Shown piece after piece: positions 26,641-39,217 of a stretch of DNA of 64,000 bases; position 1 is the stretch's first letter, and every line of letters starts with the position of its first letter. A program made the translations under genes and the position numbers. This DNA comes from Auanema rhodensis (taxonomy: Eukaryota > Animalia > Nematoda). Location: the NCBI GenBank assembly GCA_964057225.1, contig OZ059895.1, forward strand, positions 6,262,001 to 6,326,000. Reading direction: 5' to 3'. The notes beneath the pieces were generated by a model, which saw only the letters and a program-made list of their open reading frames with translations, was not told where the DNA came from and ran no database searches.

Positions 26641-28334
26641 ACTCCTATATACATACGTAAAGAGAGAGAGAGAGAGAGAGGGGGGGGGGGGATTGAGGGA
26701 GAGGTGGAGGCGGCTGCCCGTCCCACTTTTGGTCCGAAAAAAGAAACGAAAATGGTGTGGACATCGAAAGCTTGGCCGTGATGTCTACTCAGCTTGTCTC
26801 CGGATGAGCGTTTATTAGTTTCTCTGCTTCAACTACTCCTCGTACTACTACAACTGCTAAATACTACTTAAACAGAGTTTGGTACATATCCATCCGGCCC
26901 TACATGAATCATAGACATCTATATCCGGCTACTCTTCATCTTTGAATCATAAAGCTATCTCATTAAGTTTTCTATTGCACCCTTACTATCCAGGACATGC
27001 CCTTTGCCATCGCTCGACATCTTCAATTCCATCTCCATGAATTTCCTTCATTAAAATCTTTAAAACTTTAATTGTTGTGTGCAAAAGACATTGGCTAATC
27101 ATGTTAAACGCCTCCAGACATTGTTGTTATTGTCTGTGACTGTCTCATCTTCTAGAATATCGTCTCCCTTTATCTACATCACGCCATTCTCCTCAGAATA
27201 TCATCATTCAGAATATTTTCTTACAGCTCTATTGTCTGCGTGGTGTTTAGGCAATAAAGGCGGAGTCAAACAGTTAAATCACGTTTGTCTCCCACCCTGT
27301 TTCGCATTTACTCTCTCAGTCTCTCAGTTCATTCGTTAGTAGATGTCACTACTGTGCTCGATGCTGCTGCTGAGCTAGAACATGCATGTTCAATCGTCGA
27401 ATCACATAGCTTTCCCCCCGTCTTTAGGATACTGTAATGATATCATTCAAGTCGACTAGTTCGCTTTACCAATCGTCACAGTATCATTCAAACATGCATA
27501 TCTCTTCCTTGTTCTTCCGTTTTTACTGATCTTCCATTCAACTTTCTTCATCACATTCATCTCTCATTCGAAACCTCTCCTTCACGCCCTTTGATCGAAA
27601 ATTCATTTAAGCTTTTGCCTTCTTCATATGCACCATCTGACATCAAGATATTGTGCATCTGGCTCTCTATTATCGAAATAATAGAAAATTACTTTTTTCA
27701 TCCTTCCCTTCTTCATTTTCTGATATGATATATGTAGAAAAGTACAAAGAGAGTGAACGAGAGTAAGAGATACACATACATTCGAGTTCTTCGAACTTGT
27801 CAGTTAAGCTATATACTATGCCTTTTATAATTACCGTATAATATTATTAAAAAGCATCGGAGATTCATAGATTATCATAGAAATCTTGATTATGGCCAAA
27901 CCAAACCAAACAAATACTATTCATTTCCTGCTTCGTTCGCATATTTAACAAATCAAATTACTTATTCTGTTTTCGAACACATTTCTATTAAATTCACTTT
28001 TCTACACATTCTTCATAGATTTAACTTATATTATTTGAATATATATGTATTTGATAATCATTTCAATACATACATCATTTATTTCTTTTTTTTTCTGATT
28101 TCTGATGACTATTTCTAATTTATTTTTTCAATTTATATCAAAATTAATTATTCATTTTTATATAAAAAAAAGTTTTTAATATATTCAACATCTTGTTCAT
28201 TTTAAACAAAAAAGTTTATCTTTCGATCATTTTCATCTCACCTTTGTTTTTTTCTTATTCATTCTCTTTTACTTTCGATGACTCATTCTCTCTCTCTCTC
28301 TCTCTCCCTCTTTCTAATTCTTCACCTTTCTCTG

Positions 28335-28366
<32 letters not shown>

Positions 28367-28882
28367 ACTCACTCTTACTCTCTTCATCGTAAAGCGGTTT
28401 TTCGTTGAGAAAAGCTTCCTTCTTCTAAAGAATTATTGCTTTCTCTTGTTTTAATTTTCCGCTTATTTCATCATCTTTATCAAGAAGGTTGCATCATTTA
28501 CTGTCAACAGTAGCTCCTCCCACTCGTGTCCCTTTCATGTGCAAAGCATTTCTACTCTATTTTACTTTTAATTCATTTCTCTTTGAATATGGTATTCAAT
28601 CCTACTTTAAATCATTCAATTTGTAATCAAAATTCAAACAACATGTAACAACATAGATCATTTACATACATTACATCAAATTGTTCCAATTACCTTATAT
28701 CATATCGTACTATTACTGAACTATACTTTCATATTCGTTCAACAATCTCATTGCGATCATTTTGCAGGTAAATCTGACGACAACCCTTCAGTCAGCCTAA
28801 GTTCGTTCGTCCTACTTGACAATCAACTTTATCAATTAACCTTTACTCATACTCATAATACATTGCGAAGCCTTCTAAAAGC

Positions 28883-30891
28883 ATGTTGAGAATTCTTGTT
28901 CTACAGGTTAGTTATGAGATATATTTCATTAACTATTATTTTTATTTATATTTAGAATAAACAAGTAAATATATGAGTTATTTATAAAAATAATTTCCTT
29001 TTTTTCCTACCATTTCGACATTTTAGAATAAAACTTATCACACAACCTGTCAACGAACAGGTGTTCTGTTGTGAAAATTAAAATGAAATTGATCTGCAAC
29101 CAACCAAAAAAAAATTCTTTTGATTTCCATGCAAAAAAAATTAAAAAAAAAGAAACAAAACAAAGAAAAAAAAGTTTTTATACTTATTTTTCATTTAATT
29201 TATATGAAATAAAATAAAATATAACTATACCATCTATAAACTCTTGGAATCTATCCAATCATTCGATGAATCCAACATTTTTTTCACTGAAATACATCAG
29301 AATGTTATGATAAGAATATTATTATTACAGATTGTTGTCTGCACTATGTGTCTGGCTTATCCATCCTACATCTTTGTTCCAACAGCTATGTAAGTTAAAT
29401 ATACATATAGTTTATATATATATATAGTTATATATTTATTTTAATTTTAAATTAATTTTGTTAATTTCACTTTATTTATGTCATTGATTTCATTTTAATT
29501 CTTTTTAACTAAACAAAAATAACAATAAAATGAATTAAAGTCATTTCTCTTTTTCTGCTATAATTATTTTTAGTTTTAAATTTCTTTTTATATATTTATC
29601 TACATATATATATATATATAGAACTATAACTATATATATCATATTTTTATAAGTTTATTCTATTCTCTTTTTTTTTTGAAAAAAAAAAAAAATTATTGAA
29701 AACAAGACATGTATCAATAGGTGCTCTCTCTCTCTCTTATCTCAACTTTTGAATATATTATTATGATGACTATGCTATTTGTATATATTTGATCATTAAT
29801 TAAGTATTAGTTCTAAGAAAATTTATGGAAAATTCCGATTATAAGAATGAAAAAGCAATTTTATTAATATTTCATTTTTATCTTGTTCTTTCTATTGTTA
29901 TAAAACAAATATAAATAAGAAGAAACACAATCATATAATAAATAATAATTAAAATATAATAAAATATATAAAATTAATTATATTTTCTTATTTCAGTCGT
30001 CCTAAACGAGCATTTGACCGTGTAGAAATAGGCGCTTTCGGTTTGGATAAGCGCTCATTTGATCGTCTTGAAGGATCAGCTGGTGATTTTGGTCTCAGCA
30101 AACGATCTATCAGTTCAGCATTCGATAGGTTCGTAAATTAATATATAAATAGATATTTAATTATATATATATAGTATAAAACAACAAAAAAAAATAATAA
30201 TGAATGAATGATGTTTTGATTAACAGACTTCTTCTTGCATTATAACATCTTTGATGATTATATATGTCATTAAATTAAATTTATTTTTAGTAAAATAAAC
30301 AAAATAAAACTAAAAATAGCTTTATATATGTATTTAATTATAAATATATTCTATTTCAGACTAGATTTCGCTGATTTTGGACTCAGACGTAAAAGAGCAT
30401 TCGATCGTATTGCTCGCTCAGAGTTTGGTCTTAGAAGAAAGCGTTCCTTTGATCGTTTAGCCAGATCTGAATTCGGCTTAATCAAGAGAAGTGATCCAGA
30501 TATGGCCAGTGCTCTCATTGATGAAGAACGCTTTGATAGAGGTTTGTTGTAATTGATTAATATTTCAATTATTTGATTTGAATACAACTCTTAACATCAC
30601 GAAATGTTCATTTAATTTCATTTTCTAAATTATTTGACCTTTGGAACAATTTTTCGAAAGAAACAAAACCTTAACCATTTGGGAAAAACTTAATTTCAAA
30701 TACGTGTTATAAGTCAAATGAATGAAAACTGTTTCCAAAATTCATTAGTGTTCGAAATAATTTTTGTTTTCTTTTCAGAAGATGCCGTACGTGATCTAGC
30801 TAGATCAATCATAGCATTACGTCAGCAACAACAAGATCAGCCACAAGATCAAGTACAACAATCAAATACTGTTGAGCATACTCAGTTGTAA
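28883..30891 (+). CDS. nlp-8: Neuropeptide precursor NLP-8 (orcokinin/pedal-peptide-like FDR...FG peptides)
   Basis: Five coding exons. The signal peptide MLRILVLQIVVCTMCLA is followed by YPSYIFVPTAI and then dibasic-flanked peptides AFDRVEIGAFGLD, SFDRLEGSAGDFGLS, SISSAFDRLDFADFGL, AFDRIARSEFGL and SFDRLARSEFGLI. The C-terminal DLARSIIALRQ resembles NLAESIITLRR of C. elegans NLP-8. Confidence 0.9.
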
Positions 30892-31210
30892 GCATCATCT
30901 ATGTTCAAAAGCTGATGACAAATCTCCATCTCTCATATGCGCCTAAGGTGTTTCATTATGAAGCCCCGCATTTACAACACAGCAGTAATCATCATCATCA
31001 ACATCATCATTATCTCCAGTTATAACTATTCAGAAGAAAAACATCTAAAAGACGATTTCTAGAAACATCCGATATCCTCTAACCTTCACTCCTCTCTTTT
31101 GTTTACTTCGTTTTCGTTTGACAAAAATAATCAAAAGAGATTATCTGTATTTTAACTTTCGTTGTTCGGCATCAAGTAGTGTTAGACAATTCCTTGTAAC
31201 ATAGCTTAAC

Positions 31211-31242
<32 letters not shown>

Positions 31243-32145
31243 GTAATATACATATAGTATTATAGTATTTTTTAAAATATATATAATAACTATGTTATCG
31301 ACTATCTAGATTTTAGTTACTGCTGTTAACGCTCTTAATGTTCCGAGCCTACCATACTCCTACTCTCTTCAACAATCCAATCACAATCGTCTGGAATTCT
31401 GCTTCTCTCTCTCTTTCTTTCTTTCCTTTTCCCATTCTCTCTCTCACCATCCTTGATCTCAATATCTTTACATGAAGATGTACAAAATTTTCGTCGTCAC
31501 GAGCCTTGCTTGCCAACTACATAATAAATATATTGTTAACTATATCATATAGTCATTTTTATTTATATAAAATTTTGGAAAAAGAAAATAAAAACATGAA
31601 ATAATATATGTATCATATCACATTTCAACAACCAACGAATCTAATTGTCGAAGAAAATCATGACAAACGCAATCTTTTCAATATTGTTTAGATCTTACCA
31701 TATACCATATACCATATAATACTATTTATATTATATAATATACATTTATATAATCATAAACAAGAATATAATATTATTTAAGAATAATATTACACATATA
31801 CATATATTCATATAATATAGTTAGCTTTTTTTCAAAACGAATCATGCTTGCTCAATCAGTTGAATATGAATTCATAAATTGTTTCAGAGGTCCTCGTCAC
31901 GTCAATATTAAATTAAATTTATAAATAATTTGTAAAGAAATCATGAATTTATAATATAAATCACAAAATAATTTTTAAAAAAACAATAATTAAATTATTT
32001 ATTATAGTTAAAACTTTATTATATTGAGATGACCTTAGTATATATGTATACTACTATTATTTCTATCATATTATATATAACATAATATAACTAAATTTAA
32101 TAAGTTATGTAATATAATTAATGCTATAATTAACAATATGTTTTT

Positions 32146-34195
32146 CTATGCTGGTACAAGCATATCACATCCTGTCAAACTTAAAGATTGAAACATATTA
32201 GTTGGATACGTAATCTCTACTCCTGATCCCAAAGTATCCTAAATGAATGACATAACATATACATATTATATCATATAGTTTACCTCAGTTACACGAGCTT
32301 GACAAGTATGATGTTTAGCTAGAACGATTTCAACTTCATTTGCAAAATAAGTCCAATCCAGATACATTCGAGTGTAAGCAGGTGAATGTCCATACGTATT
32401 TCTACCATAGCCCATCAGCACCTATATATAATTTGAATATGAAAAGCAATCTAATATATAAAACATACAGCTTTTTCCTCAGGTATGTAGATTATCTGAA
32501 AACGTGTTAAGTCACTACCTGGCATATTAATTGCACTAGCAGCATCTTAATTATATATAAATATATATAAAATGTATTAATAATATAAGATTATACCTGT
32601 ATGTGTTGGTATGAATATACGTGAAGCTGTCAGTATATCTAATGTACGCGGTGGATCACTACAGATTGGATTAGATTTTGAAATTCCAAAACAAATTCTT
32701 ATCCTAATAGTAAAGAATAATAATAATCATAATATATGTATAATATATATTGAATACCATGGACAATCTAATGGATTTAACAATTCAATCGCAAATGAAT
32801 TTATACTTTGTTTTATAGGAGCATATCGTGCACTCTATAATATATATATATAATTAACTATTCTTTTGAAAATTATATAATTATATATTATATGATATTA
32901 TCATACCTTTGTAAATGTATACTTTATAAAGTCAGGCTTGGAATCTGTTTTAGATAGCGTCAAACTGAAATACAATTAAGTTATATAATAAAATAATCTG
33001 GGCACATAGCTAGCTAGAACTAGCTGTCGCTAGTACGTGTTGATTTATAAAAATGACTAACTATTCAGAATATCCTGTATGTAAATTAGGGGGCAAAAGG
33101 AAATTATTACAAAATCCATCCGTATTCGAAATTTTGTATTTAGCCAGTTGTCCATTAATAATAAAATTCTGATTTCTAGAAGAAAAAGATGTTAGCATAG
33201 ATTTACTTTTTGTACGCCAATTCTAACCTTTTGGAAGAAAATGCAGATAAACCTGGGAAAAAGTTATCAACAGTGGCATTGCGATACATAATACGATAAT
33301 ACGAAGGTCTTTTTGTAAATTGAGTTAAAATTATACTACAATATGGACTGAAATTAAATATTAAAATTAATAAATAAGAACAATAAGAATTTAATAAGAT
33401 GTAATATACCTTGAAGTGAATACTAACAATTGGTTAATTGGAATTTTTAAAAGAATATTAGGTGGAGCATAGGATGATTTTTCAGTATCCCAAACCTGCA
33501 ACAAATTGTATATTGTGATTTACAAGTTAATTAACAGAACTGGTAGAATAAAACCTTCTTCGCTTTTCTGAAGATGCACTCGCGACAACGGATAGAAATA
33601 TTTTCTTTTAAAAACTGTGAAAAATATATCATTTCAATAAGGATTATATTATAAAATAAAGATAAATATCAATTATAATAGAAATCTTACTCGTTACTGA
33701 TTGTTCCCATGGGCGGAAAACTATCATATAATCAGTAGGTTCACCATAATGGTTAATTTTAATAGTTGAATTAACGTAATTAATGTCCACCTTGTCTCCG
33801 ACAGGATACAGTGCAACACTATAACATGCGATTTTCAAGCTTATGATTTTCAAAACTAACGATTGACATTCAGTATATGGTGATAAGTAAAGTTCAATGT
33901 CTTCATCTGTTGTAATATTCCAGAGAGTTATATATGATGGTAATTCTAAGTGTAGTCTATTTCTAAAGTTAATATTGATATCATACAAGCAGCTTAAGCA
34001 AAATAAAGTATAACTGACAGATTTACACTGAACATTTTAAATATGCCAAGATTATTCGTTATAACTGCATCATTTTCCTTGAATCAAAATAATATTCTTC
34101 ATAAGCTTTTTAAGTTTTACCACAGGCGATGCTTCAGCTATGCTTTGCAAGCTAAGCAATAAAATAAATATTGTAGCGTAAATTGTACCGGCCAT
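32146..34195 (-). CDS. Secreted protein of unknown function (~430 aa, beta-rich, scattered Cys)
   Basis: ATG at 34195 begins the signal peptide MAGTIYATIFILLLSLQSIAEA-SP. The frame was traced over 13 exons to ...GCDMLVPA* at 32146. ORF 33644-33988 is one of its exons. Confidence 0.75.
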
Positions 34196-34593
34196 TAAAG
34201 CTTGTTTAATACAACCACTCATAGAAATTTTGAAAATGAAAAATTCGACACGTTCCTTACGTGAACTATTTTACTCAAAAATGATGATTATAGAGGGCTA
34301 CACGTTGTTTTCATTGATTGAATTTGAGAAGCGTCCAAGAAATTAGCATATTAAAACACTAATGCAAGGATGTTTTTGGCAAATATCTTATGTTACAACA
34401 GAAGTAATCGATACCTCTATATTCATATAGTTTACTGTGCAGTTCATTATTTCATTAAACAGGTTAGTTGTTATCATTTAAAATTCATCTTAAGAACGAC
34501 AAGAGAAGCAATAAACACAATAAAACTGAGCAGCCTGATACAAGCGCGAATATGACGAAAAAATAAGCAGGAGATACAATTAAAAATAATAAT

Positions 34594-35064
34594 CTAATAG
34601 TCATCGTCATCAGAATCCAAATTGTTTCTTCGTCGGTCAAACTGAAGAGACGAGATAAGATTTATATTTAAGATGGCATTATACCTTTACAGTAGTTGAG
34701 CGTTGAGTTTGTTGAGAGACACGCTCCATTAATTGTTTAAGAGAATCATCGGACATTTTGCCGGCGATTTGTCCACGTCTGAAACAATGCGGCTATTAAT
34801 GCGAAGTATCAGCTATTATAATAATACCTTGCCATGCCAATCAAAGTAGCTTCCACAGCTTTAGCCTTGTCGGGCTTAGCAGCAGCTAAATTACTTAATC
34901 GTACAATTGCTTGCTGGTCAAGAATCTTAACATATATAATTAAAATAAATTAATTAACAAAATTATACTTGTGAAAGCATAGAATTCATAGCCATTTCCT
35001 GCTTTTCTGCCATTTCTTGTTGTTGGCGCATTTTGTCTTCTTGAGAAGGTTGTGGTTGAGCCAT
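34594..35064 (-). CDS. PDCD5: Programmed cell death protein 5 (PDCD5) homolog
   Basis: Four exons encode MAQPQPSQEDKMRQQQEMAEKQEMAMNSMLSQILDQQAIVRLSNLAAAKPDKAKAVEATLIGMARRGQIAGKMSDDSLKQLMERVSQQTQRSTTVKFDRRRNNLDSDDDDY*, a classic PDCD5 signature. Confidence 0.93.
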
Positions 35065-35725
35065 GATCAAGCTAAAATTAAATATTTTAACATAATTAAT
35101 ATGAACCAAAGCTGAGAAAAAAGAAATTAAAAAACTATTAGATTGCTCTTTAGAATAATATTTGATCAGAAAGTTTTCAACCTGTGAGAGAAACGAATGT
35201 TTGCGTACATCAAATCATAACTCTTATTATAATACAAAATATATTAATAAATATAAAATACTAATTATTCAATGCGAATATCACCAATGTATCTGAAACT
35301 TTGTATTCTGACACCCCTCATATAAGGTATTCCCATAACTCCACGATATTCAAATATCGCGTTCAGTTTGAAATGTAGTACGCGACTATTCGTATTTGGG
35401 GCGCTATTTTTGCTTGCACAAAACATCATTTTTTAAATAAATATCTAATAATATTCGTTTTCGCAAACTAGTAAATCGAATATGATATAATAATATTCAA
35501 TTTTTGATATTTTGGGAAACCCAAATACGAATATATTATTGAGAACTCGTTAACGTCTTAGCTTTTTTTTATCAGAAGGTATAATTGTCATTATTTGCTA
35601 TATGCAAGTCTATGTATTCGAATTCATGACTTTTACTAGGTGTTGATTGTATTCACAGTATGTTCACAATCTATGTTATGTTTCCGACTATCTTATGAAA
35701 TATAGTTACTGTATATTTTAGTTCA

Positions 35726-38700
35726 ATGCGTTTAGTTAGTCTTTTAAGTAGGCAATTAGTATCAAATTATGTTCCTAGAACATATTTTTCATTGAACAAT
35801 AATAATTTTATCAAAAGATCTGCACTAAATGCACAGGCAAAGTATTTCGTTAATATTCACTCCTTCCTTATGCTTCTACTTTTAACTTCAGAAGATTAGT
35901 TTCAACTTCCAAAGGAATGGCTTCTGTAGACCGTTCGTTGTATATTCTTCCTAATGAGAGCCCAGTTTGTGCTCTGGACTGTAAGGATGCTTTCGAACGT
36001 ATGTGACAATGTTCTATTCTATTTTAAAAAAGTTGTCTAGGCTTGAACCCTCAAGAGAAGCGGTATGCTCACCACATTGCTAAAGCATCATTTGATGGAT
36101 CACTGATCGTGTTTCTTCAAGTATGTTTAACATTTCAAGAAGTTGTTTAATTCTAATTATAAGGTGTCTCCTGAATCAGCAGGAATTTTCGCAGTTTTAC
36201 ATAAAATGTTCAGTGCTGAACCATTGGAAAAACTGAAAGGTGTTTTTTTTCTAATAACGGTAACTTATTGAAACTATTTAAGTGAAAGCTAACAATCTTG
36301 GATGGACCGACGAGGATTGGGCATCCTTATTGGTGTACGTTTCTGGATTTTACGCTAACAGTGGAAACTACAAAGGATTTGGTGATAGTAAAATTATTCC
36401 CGCAATTAGTGCTGTTAGTAAAAGTTTAAGTATTTACTTTTATCAAGTTTTCTCAGGAAAATATTGGAAAATTAGTTGCTGCTAGTGCTGCACATGCTCA
36501 AAACCCATCTATTCTACAGACTTGGCAAGCTGTTTCCAAGACTATTGATTCTCTTAATAGTAATCAGCTCCAACTCGGATTCGGACATGACGTAATATAC
36601 ATTAAAAGATTAAAAGATTTCATTTTTTGTTATAGGGTGTGACTACATATCATAGTGAAAATGTAACAAAAGAAGAAGCTGAACTTATTGACAGATTTTT
36701 CAAAGCAAGTTTTGATGTTAACGAAATGTTTATTCAAAACGTTTAAGGCCAAAAATATTGAATCCTGGAATAGCCGATTGTTCAAGGAGCACGAGCTGAG
36801 AGGTGGAAAAAAGGTTTTCCGTGTACGCCTTGCTAGTGTTGAACAAAGTACTGTTGAATTATTTTTCAAACAATCATTTGTTTTAATCAGAAACCTTATC
36901 TGAAGAAGAATTTGAAGGCGCTATTGTTATTGTGGAAAATGGAGATTATTCTCCTATCCTTTCTTGTGTTAACGAAAGCTTATCAAAGGTTATTCAGATA
37001 ATTCAACAGTTGAAAATATTTTAAAACTATTTAGGCAGCTGAGTCAGCCCTTAATGAAGAACAAAAAAATATGCTTGTCAAGTATATTCAACATTTCGAG
37101 AGCGGAGATATCAATCATCATAAGGCACTTTTGTTTCCAATGTTGGAAAATAATGCTTTTATTTATATTTAGGATGGCTCTCGTCATTGGATCAGGGATG
37201 TTGGACCAAATGTTGAGAGTTATATTGGATTCATTGAGAATTATCGTGATCCAGCTGGAACTCGCAGTGAATTTGAAGGATTTGTCGCTTGTGTTAACAA
37301 AGAAACTTCGAAGAAGTTTGCTCTTTTGGTTGAAAGAGCCGAAGATATTCTTCCCCGTTTACCTTGGGGAAGTGATTACGAAAAGGATAAATTTTTGAAG
37401 GTAGTTCATTGAGACAAATCTCCTTTTTAGTGTTATGTTTAGCCTGATTTTACTGCTTTGGAGGTTATCGGATTTGGAAGCAGTGGAATTCCATCAGGAA
37501 TAAATATTCCAAATTGTTTGAATAACACTTGAGAAATTCAACTTTTATTTTGGTTTTCAGACGATGATATTCGTCAAAATGAAGGATTCAAAAATGTATC
37601 TCTCAGTAACGTTATTTCTGCTACACCTAAGCAAAAGATGAATTTCTTAGATGAAGAAGATGAGGTTCAATGATAAACACTGATATATAGTTCTCATTTG
37701 TTTTCTTTAGGATCTGATGTTTAAATATCACAAAGATTCTTTTGAAGTTCAAGTTGGATTGCACGAGTTATTGGGTCACGGAAGTGGCAAATTGTTCCAA
37801 GAAAATCCTGATGGATCATTAAATTTTGACAAAAATACCAAAGACATTATCACTGGCGAACCAGTTAAATTAACATATTTGGTTTAATTTTTCCTTGTAT
37901 ATTGAAGGTTACTTCCTGGTACAAACCTGGTGAGACTTGGTCTTCCAAATTTGGTGCTCTTTCTGGCGCATATGAAGAGTGTCGTGCCGAAGCTGTTGGA
38001 TACGTTCTCTGTTGTGATGCTGATATCTTAGAGTATGAATCGACAAACTTAATTTTTGTAAATATCACTACATTAAGAATCTTTGGATACAAAGGGGATT
38101 TGGGTCAAACTGTAAAATATGTAAACTGGCTTAATGAAATTCGTGCTGGTCTTATGGCATTGGAGTTCTATTCTCCGGAAAAGCAAAAATGGGGACAAGT
38201 AAGTTACAATTTTTTAAAAAATAATTAATTTAAATTTAGGCTCACTGCTATGCCCGCTATGTACTCACTCGAGTTTGTTTAGAAGCTGGACAAGGTTTTG
38301 TAACTATTGAAGAGTGTACTGGAGAAGATGGGCTTCCTGATTTGAAATTCAAACTTGATAAAACCAAGATTGATACTGTTGGAAAACCAGCAGTCGCTGC
38401 TTTCCTTGGAAAGCTCCAGGTGTGGTTCCTGCTATGCATACAGTAAAAACATTCACCGTTTCAGTCTTATAAATCTACTGGAGACTTTGTTGGTGGATCG
38501 AAGATGTTTGAATCTTATGGTGAGGTAACTGAAGAAGCTCTTCGCTGGAGAAGCGTCTGTGTTGCCCGCCGTAAGCCAAGACGTATCTTTGTACAAGCTA
38601 ATACAGTTTTGAATGCTCAAGGTTGGCTTGGTATTATTTTATGAATGTTTATTTATAATTTTGTTTTAGGTGAAGTTGAACTAAAGACCTATCCAACCAC

Positions 38701-38815
38701 ATTCGAAGGAGTTGTCCAATCATTTGTTGATCGTTATGATGGACAAATCATTAACGAATTGGAAAAATGCTGGAAAGCTGATCAGCAATGGTTCCCTTCA
38801 GCTTTCTCTTGCTAA
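35726..38815 (+). CDS. dpt-1: Dipeptidyl peptidase 3 (M49 metallopeptidase); core protein starts at ATG 35917
   Basis: Motifs [57 protein letters not shown], the HELLGH zinc motif and EECRAE are all present. Stop at 38813-38815. Confidence 0.95.
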
Positions 38816-39217
38816 GGATCTTCCCGATTTAGGTTTCTGTTCTGTTTATACTCCCTGACCCAAAACCACCATGTCTGTCTAATATTTTCATTGTCAGAAT
38901 TGGGTACGGGAAAGTATTATTTAGTAGGCCTAAAATAACAATATTCGAATTTATAATTATGCAAACATAATACAACTGGATACTATCCGTTCTGTTGATA
39001 TAAATTTTGATTCTCCCAAACATTGCGAAAACTACTAAAGGGGCGGGGTTTCTTCTGGGGTTAGTGAAACGGTTTATGAATCCTGGTGTTTTTCAATGTA
39101 TTTTGTATTAATTTATTAAATATTTGTTTTGGTCTTTTCATGAAATGTAAAATCTTTTACATACCTGTTGCAAATTTTTCATTACCATAAATTAAGTTTT
39201 TGAAAAAAAAGGCAGAT

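Noticed and set aside
16961-28408. ORF-track entries with RERERE or SLSLSL runs (e.g. 16961, 19698, 20102, 20108, 20877, 22775, 22798, 26621, 28193)
   Set aside because: They are by-products of stop-free (GA/CT)n microsatellites and show no splice structure or protein-like content.
14210-28800. piRNA (21U) cluster
   Set aside because: The CTGTTTCA upstream motif is not enriched; I saw only an isolated copy near 26205.
38816-39100. SECIS element or H/ACA snoRNA call for the spacer hairpins
   Set aside because: The DPP3 model has no in-frame TGA and there is no clear AUGA/GA quartet. Hairpin sizes and box positions do not fit H/ACA.
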